Shown here piece by piece: positions 49,793 to 60,659 of a DNA stretch of 64,000 bases. Source of the stretch: Squalus acanthias (Eukaryota); assembly GCA_030390025.1 (NCBI GenBank), contig CM059431.1, forward strand, positions 110,424,001 through 110,488,000, in the 5' to 3' direction. The translations under genes and the position numbers were made by a program. The notes under the pieces were generated by a model. The model made no database searches, was not told the origin of the DNA, and saw only the letters and a program-made list of their open reading frames with translations. Numbering within the stretch: position 1 is the stretch's first letter; each line of letters begins with the position of its first letter.

Positions 49793-50303
49793 GGGGTAAA
49801 AATTCAGTTGGTTGCGCCTCCCGTTAGCGCCTTAAGAGGGCGCTAATGGGGCGCAAAGCCGCTAACGCCCGGGCGCAGCGATGTTTGCGCTGCTCGGGAA
49901 CTTAACTAGAGATTGTGCGGTGGCGCTAAAACTTACCGCTGTGACCACCTGCGCGCGCAGATTGTGACGTCATTCCATGGTGCAACACCCTTGTGGCGCC
50001 CCGGAGCGGAAATTGAGTGGCGCCCCCTGCCTTACCGCCTGGTGCATCCAACGACCGGAAGACTGGAACGCTATCAATCGCTGTGGGGCTGGGGGGGGCG
50101 CTATTTAAAGGGGGCCTCTTCCTGTCTTTTTCTGTGGTCGACATTTTTGCACCACTCATTCTGAGAGAGAGAGAGAGATTCGGAGAGAGAGAAAGAGAGA
50201 CTTCTGCATTGACTCAACGCTTTGTGAGGTAGTTTTGCCTACTGATCCTAACTTCGCTGGTACTTTAGTTGCTGTCCTTCATTACTTTGCTTGCAAAGAG
50301 AAT

Positions 50304-51464
50304 ATGGGGGCTGCACTGATTGGGTGCGTCGTCCTGCTCCAGCTGAATCGGAGGATACAGAGACGCAGAGAGAGAGTGGCAATGATGGCCAAACGGAGGA
50401 GGGCCAACAGGCGTATGTACAGGAGAGCTTACCCTCCCAGGGTATATCGTGAACAGCTCTCCTACATTCATATGTCTGAGGAGCTGTGTTTGCGAAGGCT
50501 GCGATTCAGCAAGGAGGTGGTCACTGAGCTCTGCCACCTGCTGCAGCCAGATCTGCAGCCTCAACTGAGGTCCAGGACGTCTCTGTCGGTGGCAGTGAAG
50601 GTCACAGTGGCTCTCAACTTTTACGCTACTGGCTCATTTCAAGCTGCTGCTGGGGACCTCGCCAATATCTCCCAGTTCGCGGTGCATTGCTGCATCCGGC
50701 AGGTCACAAATGCCCTCTTTAAAAGGAGACGAGAGTTCATCTCTTTCCCCATGACCCCAGACAAGCAGCGTGACCGCGCTCTGGGCTTTGCGAGGGTAGC
50801 GGGCTTCCCCATGGTGCAGGGCGCCATTGACTGCACGCATGTGGCTTTGCGTGCTCCGCATGAGAATGCCGAGGAATTCCGGAACAGAAAGGGGTTCCAT
50901 TCCTTGAATGTTCAGTTGGTCTGTGACCACAGACAGCTGATACTCGCTGTCAATGCCCACTATCCTGGCAGCTGCCACGATGCTTTTATCCTGCGCCAGA
51001 CTACTGTGGCAGAACTTTTCGAGGCACCGCATCAGCCAGTTGGTTGGCTTCTCGGGGACAAGGGGTATGCATTGAGCACCTGGCTGATGACACCGCTCCG
51101 TACGCCCAACACCCCTGCTGAGCTGCGGTACAATGAGAGCCATCAAGCTACCAGGAACATAATTGAGCGCACAATCGGCGTGCTGAAGCAACGGTTCCGC
51201 TGTCTCGACCATTCTGGAGGAGCCCTGCAGTACTCGCCTGAGCGAGTATCCAACTTCGTAGTCGTGTGCTGCATGTTGCATAACATGGCAATCGTCAGGA
51301 CCCAGCCAATGCCACCAGGCCTTGGAGCACCACCAGAGGAGGAGGAGGAAGAGGAGGAAGAGGACGAGGAGGATGATCATCAGCAGCACCAAGGCGGGAG
51401 GGCGGCCCACAATGGTGAAACTGCAAGGGCCGTCCGTCAACGGCTAATAGCAAGCCGCTTCTAG
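50304..51464 (+). CDS. Harbinger DDE transposase (HARBI1-like family), 386 aa, intact
   Basis: ATG at 50304. ALNFYATGSFQ helix-turn-helix region, [57 protein letters not shown]. No stops. Confidence 0.95.
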   Translation: MGAALIGCVVLLQLNRRIQRRRERVAMMAKRRRANRRMYRRAYPPRVYREQLSYIHMSEELCLRRLRFSKEVVTELCHLLQPDLQPQLRSRTSLSVAVKVTVALNFYATGSFQAAAGDLANISQFAVHCCIRQVTNALFKRRREFISFPMTPDKQRDRALGFARVAGFPMVQGAIDCTHVALRAPHENAEEFRNRKGFHSLNVQLVCDHRQLILAVNAHYPGSCHDAFILRQTTVAELFEAPHQPVGWLLGDKGYALSTWLMTPLRTPNTPAELRYNESHQATRNIIERTIGVLKQRFRCLDHSGGALQYSPERVSNFVVVCCMLHNMAIVRTQPMPPGLGAPPEEEEEEEEEDEEDDHQQHQGGRAAHNGETARAVRQRLIASRF

Positions 51465-51709
51465 GGCCCCTGCTGTGGAAATGGCTTCTGCCATTGCTAA
51501 CAACATTAATGAACCCAGCACGCAACCCCTAAGCCAGCCAAGGCACCAATAATTCCAACCACCAACCATGTATATTTTGAATACAGAAACTTATTTATTT
51601 TACAAACTCTGTGTGTGTCAATTCCTCATGACAAACTCATAGAAATAAACACAAAAAAACAGTCAATAACATAACTGGTTCTCACAACCTGGAGATAATG
51701 TCCAAAACA

Positions 51710-53757
51710 CTAAACAAAAGTTGGACCACGAACCTCGGCCTTTAATAAAAAAATGACCAGCATTTTGTCACACCTCCGACTTTTTGCCCTTCGAGGGTGA
51801 TCTCCTTCCCTTGCGCACTTCCCCCCTTCTAACAATACTGCTCCTCCGTAATGGGACCTCAGTGGCTGCAGCAAGGCTGGTGGAAGGCTGCTGCTCGTCA
51901 GACCCTGACACTGCAGATGCCCCTGAAGGACGGCCTCAACCAGTTCTGGGTTGGAGGGCCCGGCTGCAGACTGCACCAACTCTGCATGGGCGGCAGCAGT
52001 CTGTCCTACAGGCGGTGGCAAGTGCAGTGGAGAAGTGACAGTGTTGGCAGCAGGAATGCTGTCATCGTGAGAGAGGACAGCAACTCCCTGCTCGCCCGAC
52101 ACACTGGCACTCCCACGGGGCAGCACTTCAGCATCCGGAGCAATCTGCTGGAGAACAGATTGCTGGCCTGCTGCGGCGCGGTGACAGCCCCGGGGACATG
52201 TGCACGAACCATCGAGGTTGGCAGCAGTCTGTGCTCGCGTGGCCTCAATCTGAGTCTGCATGAGAGCAGTCAGAGATGGGATCACGGCAGCCAGTGACTG
52301 AATTGCAGCACTAAGCGTTAGTGTGGCATCCGCCTGTGCTACAGCGAAGTGCTCCACACTCCTTGCCAGTGACTCAATGCATTCGGGCACCCTTCCCACT
52401 GCACCCATGAGCTCAGTGTGCATGCCCACCGCCTGGGTGTTCATTTCTGCGATCAGCCGCTCCTCCTCTGCGTCCATTGCAGTAGGAGTGTCTGGCATAC
52501 TCTCCCTCTGGGGAGAAGGCCCCCGTTCTTCCCTACCCCCATGGCGTTGCTGCAGCCCGCTGGGTCCTGGAGCTTCACCCTCATCAGACCCTTCCCCCCT
52601 GCTCCCCTCCAGGGAAGGCGTGTTCCCAGTGTGGGCATGGGCTTCCTCGGGAGAGGGTGGCACTGATGCTCCGGCTTCCTCTTCCTCCTCGGCTGCAGCA
52701 TCACTCCCAGTGGCAGCTTCAGGGCCCGTCTCCTCAGCTGGTGAATCACCATCTGAAAGCAGGGAGGTACAAGAGTGGCTTTAGCGTGAGGACAGGGTGG
52801 CAGTAAGGGAGGAATAAGTGCAGCGAGTTAGCAAGTTGGATTGAAAGTGTCAAAGGCTGGTGTTGTGAGGGACAAGTGGAAGGACAGAGGACAAAAAGGT
52901 GATGACCTTACCATTGCTGTCCAGAACGGGATCGGCGTCTCCAGTGGCGACGGGACCGATCACCCGGCTTGCCACAATCCTGTGGACGCGCTCCTCAAGA
53001 TCGCTGAAGGGTTGCAGCTGAGGCCGCCCTCCACCTGTCCGTTGCTGCTGTCTCCGATTATGCGCCAGCTTGGCCTGTAAGAAAAAGGACAGCATCTGAG
53101 TAAATATACAGCCATGGTCTTGCCTGATGTGCCTCCCATAGGTGAATAGCCCTTACTGTATGCAGCCATGGTCTTGCCTGATGTGCCTCCCATAGGTGAA
53201 TAGCCCTTACTGTATGCAGCCATGGTCTTGCCTGATGTGCCTCCCATAGGTGAATAGCCCTTACTGTATGCAGCCATGGTCTTGCCTGATGTGCCTCCCA
53301 TAGGTGAATAGCCCTTACTGTATGCAGCCATGGTCTTGCCTGATGTGCCTCCCATAGGTGAATAGCCCTTGCTGTATGCAAAGTGTGGAATGTGTGTGTG
53401 TGTTTCATGAAAGGGCCATAGGTGTTGGATGAGTGTTGTGCATTGGTGTTTTAAGACCCTCTGGCCATAGAGTGAGGTTGAGATGGAGGGATGGAGAGGT
53501 ATTGAGAAAAAGCCACTCACCCTGACGACCCGAGTGAGGTCGTTGAACTTTTTGCGGCATTGAGTATGGATCCTGGGCACCATGCTCCTGGAGGAGACGC
53601 TCTGAGCCACCTCCCTCCACACTCTTCTGAACTCGCGTGGCAAAGGCCTCCTGCCACTCTCAGGGAAGAGTATACATCTTCTGCGCTCCACCGCGCCAAC
53701 CAGAGCATCCAAGGCCCGCTCGGTGAAGCGATGAGCTCGTTCTCTCACCCTCTCCAT
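51710..53757 (-). CDS. Harbinger Myb/SANT (trihelix) DNA-binding protein, 3 exons: 53757-53521, 53074-52912, 52752-51710
   Basis: Exon 1 RAHRFTERALDALV..WREVAQSVS..QCRKKFNDL. Introns GTGAGT..TTCTTACAG (phase 0) and GTAAG..GCTTTCAG (phase 1) keep the frame, giving 480 aa as read. A frameshift near 51945 is probable. Confidence 0.85.
53109..53378 (+). repeat. 54-bp tandem repeat x5 in intron 1 of the Myb gene
   Basis: CAGCCATGGTCTTGCCTGATGTGCCTCCCATAGGTGAATAGCCCTTACTGTATG at 53109, 53163, 53217, 53271 and 53325; nearly perfect. Confidence 0.97.
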
Positions 53758-54121
53758 CCTTGGCAGCAAAATGGATTCACAGGTCTCTCCAGGCCGAGAT
53801 TCAAGGCTGCAATGAGCAGGGTGTGGCTGGGGAGCAAGTTGGCCCCCCCCGCTTTAAGAAGTGGCCGGCGCCAGTGTGTCTGTGTTCCCTCGCTAACTGG
53901 CAGCAGCTGCGCTGCGCTCGCGCGCTGAGTTAGCGCCTCACTGCTCGGCCTTTGCGCCTTAAGACAGGTGTGCAGCGCCTGATTTAGCGCTCCACTCACC
54001 TCCCGGGGCGGTAAAAGTGAAGTTTCCAGTCAGTGCCGATAATTAGCGCCAGGCGCTAATATTTGCGTCCAGACGATATTTGCGCCCAAATGGGGCGCGA
54101 CCTAATTTTTCCCCCTAAATC

Positions 54122-54339
54122 TCTTAATGTCTCTACTTACCATAGTATTCCCTCCCCCCAGCCTCCCCCTTGCATTTTTATCTGTTTCATTTCCTGCTCC
54201 TTTCTCAGTTCTGATGAAGGGTTTCGACCTGAACCGTTAACTCTGTTTCTCTCTCCACGGATGTTGCCTGGCCTGCTGAGTTTTTCCAGCGTTTTCTGTT
54301 GTTATTTCAGATTTCCAGCATCCGCAGTATTTTGCTATC
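54122..54339 (+). mobile_element. Penelope-like 3' end with degenerate hammerhead (54207-54242)
   Basis: AGTT-CTGATGA-A-GGGT TTCG ACCT-GAAC CG TT-AACT. Downstream matches 58345-58442. Flanked by a GTCTAAATC duplication. Confidence 0.8.
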
Positions 54340-54379
54340 GTCTAAATCATTGATATTGGCGAGATGAGGAGAAGTAGAG

Positions 54380-54630
54380 ATGAGATGAGGAGAATTTTTT
54401 TACGCAGCGAGTTGTCGCGATCTGGAATGCACTGCCTGAAAGGGTGGTGGAAGCAGATTCAGTAATAACCTTCAAAAGGGAATTGGATAAAAATTTGAAG
54501 GCGTAGAATTTGCGGGGCTATGAGGAAAGGGCAGGGGAGTGGTTCTAATTGGATAGGTTTTTCAAAGAGTCGGCACAGGTATGATGGACCGAATGGCCTC
54601 TTTCTGTGCTGTATCATTCTATGATTCTAA
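54380..54630 (+). mobile_element. CR1 3' end fragment
   Basis: RRIFFTQRVVAIWNALPE; ATTCTATG tail. Confidence 0.85.
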
Positions 54631-55049
54631 GCATGTAGAGGATTGTGAAAGCAAAGTTACATCCTACGGCTCTAGGCCCTATCATGTTTGGCTCCAGCAT
54701 ACTACAACCATTAGGATTTAATTCCTAACTTTTATAGTGAATTCCAGACATTCAGTTGGGATGAAAGTTACTGCAAGCAGTTCTTTATTGTACGGTCAGC
54801 TGTTAGGTGAGCATTTTATTTTTCCACTGCAGTCTGGTTTGAATTTGATTGCTCCCATTAGAAGTCAGTGTTGAATTTATTAACTCGCGTACAGCAGCCA
54901 GAACATTAATAATTATTTCAAAATCTATTGTTTGAGATTTAATTTGTATGCTGCCAAAGATTGGTATGCAAATTCTCTGGGGGAGAAAGTTTCCCGTTGT
55001 CTTAAATGTTTCCAGGGGGGTCTATTGGCATTTAGAAAATACAACACAA

Positions 55050-56432
55050 CTACAGGCCAGTCAGTTTATCCTCGGTAGTGGGGAAGCTTTTAGAAACAGT
55101 AATCAGGGACAAAATCAACAGTCACTTGGATAGGGCTGGATTAATTAAGGAAAGCCAGCACGGATTTGTTAAAAGCAAATCGTGTTTAAACAACTTGATT
55201 GAGTTTTTTGATGAGGTAACAGAGAGGGTTGATGAGGGTAATACGGTTGATGTAGTGTACATGGATTTCCAAAAGGCGTTCGACAAAGTACCACATGATA
55301 GGCTTGCCAGCAAAGTTGAAGCCCATGGAATAAAAGGGACAGTGGCAGCATGGATACGAAATTGGCTAAGTGACAGGAAACAGAGTAGTGGTGAATGGTT
55401 GTTTTTTGGACTGGAGGAAGGTATACAGTGGTGATCCCCCGGGGTCGGTTCTAGGACCACTGCTTTTCTTGATATATATTAATGACTTGGATGTGGGTGT
55501 ACAGGGCACAATTTCAAAATTTGCAGATGACACAAAACTTGCAAGTATAGTGAACAGTGAGGAAGAGAGTGATAGACTTCAAGAAGACACAGACAGGCTG
55601 GTGAAATGGGCAGACACGTGGCAGATGAAATTTAATGCAGAAAAGTGTGAAGTGATGCATTTTGGTAGAAAGAATGAGGAGAGGACATATAAACTAAATG
55701 GGACAATCCTAAAGGGGGTGCACGAACAGAGAGACCTGGGGGTATGTGTGAATAAATCATTGAAGGTGGCAGGGCAGGTTGAGAAAGCAGTTAAAAAGGC
55801 TTACGGGATCCTGGGCTTCATAAATAGAGGTACAGAGTGCAAAAGTGTGGAAATTATGATGAACCTGTATAAAACACTGGTTCGGCCCCAAATGAAGTAC
55901 TGTGTCAAATTCTTGGGCACCACACTCTAGGAAGAATGTGAAGGCCTTAGAGAGGGTGCTGAAAAGATTTACAAGAATGATTCCAGGAATGAGGGACTTC
56001 AGTTATGTTGATAGACTGGAGAAGCTGGGGTTGTTCTCCTTGGAGCAGAGAAGGTTGAGAGGAGATTTGATAGAGGTGTTCAAAATCATGAGGGGTCTGG
56101 ACAGGGTAGATACAGAGAAACTGTTCCCACTGGCAGAAGGGTCGAGAACCAGAGGACACAGATTTAAGGCGATTGGCAAAAGAACCAAAGGCGACATAAG
56201 AAAAAACTTTTTTACACAGCGAGTGGTTAAGATCTGGAATGCACTGCCTGAAAGGGTGGTGGAGGCAGACTCAATCTTATCTTTCAAAAGGGAGTTGGAT
56301 GAGTATCTGAAGGAAAAAAAATTGCAGGACTACGGGGAAAGGGCAGGGGTGTGGGAATAGCTGAGAGTTGGCACGGGCTCGACGGGCCGAATGGCCTTCT
56401 CCCGCGCTATATTCTATGATTCTATGATTCTC
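55050..56432 (+). mobile_element. CR1 LINE, 5'-truncated, frameshifted RT
   Basis: QHGF, FADDTK and RRLRGDLIE; (ATTCTATG)n tail. Confidence 0.95.
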
Positions 56433-56864
56433 TGAACACAAAATGCGATGAAGCAGTCATCTACTGAAGATGGAGTTTATAAGTTTCTTGAATGACTTTC
56501 CAAAGCTGTTGACCAAGTTCCAATTAATGTCATTAACTGGTGTGTGGAACCAATTGAAGAAGATCAGCCATGATCTAATTGAATGGCAGAACATGCTCGA
56601 GGGGCTGAATGGCCTCCTCCTGTTCCTATGTTCCTAAGTCCGCATGCAAGTTTACAGTTCCGAGCTACTGCTCACAAGACAGAGAATTCATAAAACTCCA
56701 AATGACCTCATGAGCCATAAGCCATTGTGGCTACCGCCATCTGGTTGAGGCAGAATGAGAAGTATGGACACGTAGAACTCCAGAAGGAGAGGGTGCACAA
56801 GAAATATCTCTCCTCCATTATCTTATCTAGGATTTCCTGGATTATGGATGGCCTTTGTCTAGTT

Positions 56865-57600
56865 TTTTTTAATTCATTTGTGGGATGTGGGCGTCGCAGG
56901 CAAGGCCAGCATTTATTACCCATCCCTAATTGCCCTCGAGAAGGTGGTGGTGAGCTGCCGCCTTGAACCGCTGCAGTCCGTGTGGTGAAGGTACTCCCAC
57001 ACTGCTGTTAGGGAGGGAGTTCCAGGATTTTGGCCCAGCGACGATGAAGGATCGGCGATATACTTCCAAGTCAGGATGGTGTGTGACTTGGAGGGGAACT
57101 TGGAGGTGGTGCTGTTCCCATGCGCCTGCTGCCCCTGTCCTTCTAGGTGATAGAGGTCGCGGGTTTGGGAGGTGCTGCCGAAAAAGCATTGGCGAGTTGC
57201 TGTAGTGCATCTTGTAGATGGTGCACACTGCAGCCACGGTACGCCGGTGGTGGAGGGAGTGAATGTTTAAGGTGGTGGATGGGGGGCCAATCAAGCGGGC
57301 TGCTTTGTCCTGGATGGTGTCGAGCTACTTGAGTGTTGTTGGAGCTGCACTCATCTAGGCAAGAGGAGAGTATTCCATCACACTCCTTACTTGTGCCTTG
57401 TAGATGGTAGAAAGGCTTTGGGGAGTCGGGAGGTGAGACACTCGCCGCAGAATACCTAGCCTCTGACCTGCTCTTGTTGCCACAGTATTTATGTGGCTGG
57501 TCCAGTTAAGTTTCTGGTCAATGCTGACCCCCAGGATGTTGATGGTGGGGGATTTGGCGATGGTAATGCCATTGAATGTCAAGGGGCGGTGGTTAGACTC
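56865..57600 (-). mobile_element. Second LINE family 3' fragment
   Basis: LNWTSHIN, TIYKAQVRSVMEY and KSWNSLP. Confidence 0.9.
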
Positions 57601-57957
57601 TAGTTGTTTTCTTGAACATTGTGGTCATGTTTCTGATATGTACATCCATCTGAATTGGCAGCGGTTCAATTTCTCGTTGGGATCGGCAGGTTGATTGCTT
57701 GCTGGTTGAAGGTTTTAAACCATGATTATTGTGGCTTGCTTCTCTTGGTTACTTTAACTTAACAGCGAGTATCACAAACCTGCCATGAGGAAACTATGCC
57801 ACACATATGTCCATTAATTGTTTGCCTTGTATAAACAATTATTTAATTAAGGACCGTAACAGATGACATGTTTCCTGCTCCCGGTTGAATTCATAAATAT
57901 GGTTAGATTTCCCAAAAGTCAGCCCAGCCTTTTTGTTTAACTCAGAAGCAGGTAGTC

Positions 57958-58450
57958 CACGTAAGCTCGAGGAACAGCACCTTATCTTTCGATTAGGCGC
58001 TTTACTGCCTTCTGGACTCAACATCAAGTTCAACAATTTCAGACCATAACCTCGGCCCCTATTTTTTCACATGGCAGCTGTTGATGTTTCTGCCATTCCC
58101 ATTTACACCTCTTCTAGACCCATCTTTTGTTTTTAACTTGTCCCATTACCATGTCCTTTTGATTTGTACAATCATACCTTTTGTCATTTAATCTCTCCTG
58201 CTTTCCACCCTTTCCACCCTATCACAGACCTCCCTTTTGTTCTTTCCTCCCCTCCCCCCTTTCCCTGCCCCCTGCACTTGCTTAAAACCTGTTACATCTC
58301 TAACTTTTTCCAGTCCTGACGAAAGGTCATCGACCTGAAACGTTGACTCTGTTCCTCTCTCCACAGATGCTGCCTGACCTGCTGAGTGTTTCCAGCAATT
58401 TCTGTTTTTACTTCAGATTTCCAGCATCCGCAGTATTTTGCTTTTGTATT
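57958..58450 (+). mobile_element. Penelope-like element 3' end with GIY-YIG endonuclease C-terminus
   Basis: 57960-58049 translates RKLEEQHLIFRLGALLPSGLNIKFNNFRP*, with the E..I..L....P.GLN ending of PLE GIY-YIG domains. Pyrimidine-rich UTR and hammerhead follow. Confidence 0.88.
58312..58348 (+). ncRNA. Minimal type I hammerhead ribozyme motif (best copy)
   Basis: AGTC-CTGACGA-A-AGGTC ATC GACCT-GAAA CG TT-GACT: intact core, perfect stems I and II, palindromic ACGT stem III. Confidence 0.8.
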
Positions 58451-58965
58451 AGTCTTTTTTTCATAGTCCCTCTGACTTTCAAATCTTTCTTCCTTCTCCT
58501 TTATATCTTTTCAATTTTCTGCTTGTTTTTCTTAGCCCTAGATTTGTCATATGGCTCTTTTTAAAGTCTTATTTCAATGTCATTTGATAAGGTGTCACAT
58601 AGCATGATTATTAATAAAATGAAGGCATTCTCTTATTAAAAGCACTCTGGCTAGGTAGCTGCACCCCTTGACTGGTGGAATATCTCTAATAATGTCCTGC
58701 ATAAAAACATTTCCCATTGTTTGCCTACTGCCTTATCTGCCACCTTTTTCTAATTCTTCCGGGCTATTTAAAAAAAATATATTTGAAATTTGCTTTTTTT
58801 CCCACTCAAGTACCTTTATTTCTCACTGTTCCCTCCCCTTTTCAATTTATATATCAAACCTAATTATCTCACGGTCACTGTTTCCCCAACCTCACATTAC
58901 CCATTTGCTGTAGTCCTTTTCCTAGGACTAAGTCCATCACTAAGTCTCATCATCACTAAGACTAA

Positions 58966-59075
58966 GGGCTGGATTTTGAAGTTGGAGTCGGGACCCCCGA
59001 ATCTGCAACTTTAACCACCCCCCCCCCACCCTGACTCCAAACCCGACTCTCCACGGGTCATTCAAAATCCAGCCC
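58966..59075. mobile_element. 110-bp Harbinger (Tourist-like) MITE
   Basis: Perfect 15-bp TIR GGGCTGGATTTTGAA / TTCAAAATCCAGCCC; TAA TSD (58963-58965, 59076-59078). Confidence 0.92.
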
Positions 59076-59834
59076 TAAGTCTCCTTCCTTGTTGGACTAA
59101 AAGCATTCTGATTCTGATTCTGCATTCATGAGCTTCCATCACGTGAATGATTTCCACAACCCTTATCCCATTCCACTTCATCAACTATTTAACAGGATCA
59201 TTTTCTCAGAAGCTTGTTCAAATTTCTATCTCGTTTTTTCAGGAAATTTGTCAAAAGGATCAATGTCCTACATAGTTGCACTTCTTTCCGTTTGTATAAT
59301 TTCCCTCCCTGCCCCCACCCCCAAATTATTATTCTTTTCATTCCTATCTCCCTCTGAAAATTCATATGAAAGGATTGATGTCACACTTAACTCTCCTGAC
59401 CACATACCAACAATACTGCTCTCCTGTTTATTTTTTCACAAACTGTTCGACAGACGTGGTTTTGTTGAGTTGGGTTACAGAGCGTGATTTGTTCCTGGGT
59501 GTTACCTCGTTGGCGATTACTGCTGTTCATTTTGGGGGTGATTGTTCTCTTTCTGTGTCTGCTTGCTGCCAGTGTTAAAAAAAAAACATCTTTTACCACT
59601 GACATTAATAAATACCACTGCCCAGATGTGATTCCTTTCCATGTGAAGAAGTGAGAGTAACTTTCTACGGATGCCATTTAACTTCCCACCACAATTTAGG
59701 GTTCTATTTCCTAGCCACAATTGGATCTGTCTGCAGCCGGTGGTGATTCTGTAAAGTGGATGGAATTCTTGGCACAGCTGCTTGTCCTTCAGAAATGGCA
59801 GACCAGCACAAGGAGAGCAAGCGCTGGACTCAAT

Positions 59835-60270
59835 TTTTTTTATATTCGTTCATGGGATGTGGGCATCACTGGAAAGGCCAGCATTTATTGCCCATCCCTA
59901 ATTGCCCTTGAGAAGGTGGTGGTGAGCCGCCTTCTTGAACTGCTGCAGTCCGTGCGGTGAAGGTACTCCCACAGTGCTGTTAGGGAGGGAGTTCCAGGAT
60001 TTTGACCCAGCGACGATGAAGGAATGGCGATATATTTCCAAGTCAGGATGGTGTGTGACTTGGAGGGGAACTTGGAGGTGGTGGTGTTCCCATGCGCCTG
60101 TTGCCCTTGTCCTTCTAGATGGTAGAGGTCTCCGGGTTTGGCAGGTGCTGCCGAAGAAGCCTTGGCGAGTTGCTGCAGTGCATCTTGTAGATGGTACACA
60201 CTGCAGCCACGGTGCGCCGGTGGTGGAGGGAGTGAATGTTTAATGTGGTGGATGGGGTGCCAATCAAGCC
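59835..60270 (-). mobile_element. Second LINE family 3' fragment
   Basis: Collinear with 47120-47550 and 56865-57295. Confidence 0.9.
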
Positions 60271-60659
60271 AATCAATTTTCATGACTTGCTGTTCATATT
60301 TTTCTTCCTCCTTCCTCTATTATGATGCTTCTTTGTGGAAAGGTGAAAGGAACTGTTTCTGCTTTTGGGGAAGCAACATTGTCCTCAGTGTGCACAGGTT
60401 CAGAGGGAATTGAGGCGCTGCTGGCTTCCAAATAGAAATGGCCAGAGCTAGACTTGCATGAGGTCTTGTAGAGTGACACTCTATCTGTGGGGGGTGGGGG
60501 GGGGGGGTGATGATGGCTTGTGCTGGTCAGTAATCCAACCAGAGGTCCGATTTTTCTGGTTGCTCCCTGAGATTGCAAGAAGCTGGGTTAAAGCCCATCC
60601 TTTCTAAAGCCGGTAGTAGCACCAACATGTGCCAATTTAGATTCAATCCTCTGTAAGGT

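Larger units (their letters stand above)
49793..54115 (+). mobile_element. Full-length PIF/Harbinger DNA transposon (4323 bp)
   Basis: TAA TSD (49790-49792, 54116-54118). TIR GGGGTAAAAATT / AATTTTTCCCCC (11 of 12). Convergent transposase and Myb/SANT genes. Confidence 0.97.

Noticed and set aside
50634..51440. Long antisense ORF overlapping the transposase, and similar antisense ORFs over CR1 copies
   Set aside because: Shadow frames of real coding sequence with no independent motifs.
50304..51464. Domesticated host HARBI1 gene
   Set aside because: It is flanked by TIRs, a TSD and a Myb partner, and has related copies nearby. This is a transposon, so no gene symbol is assigned.
53109..53378. 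CRISPR-like array or repeat-encoded protein (YSKGYSPMGGTSGKTMAA)n
   Set aside because: Units are contiguous with no unique spacers, the context is eukaryotic, and the array lies in a predicted intron.
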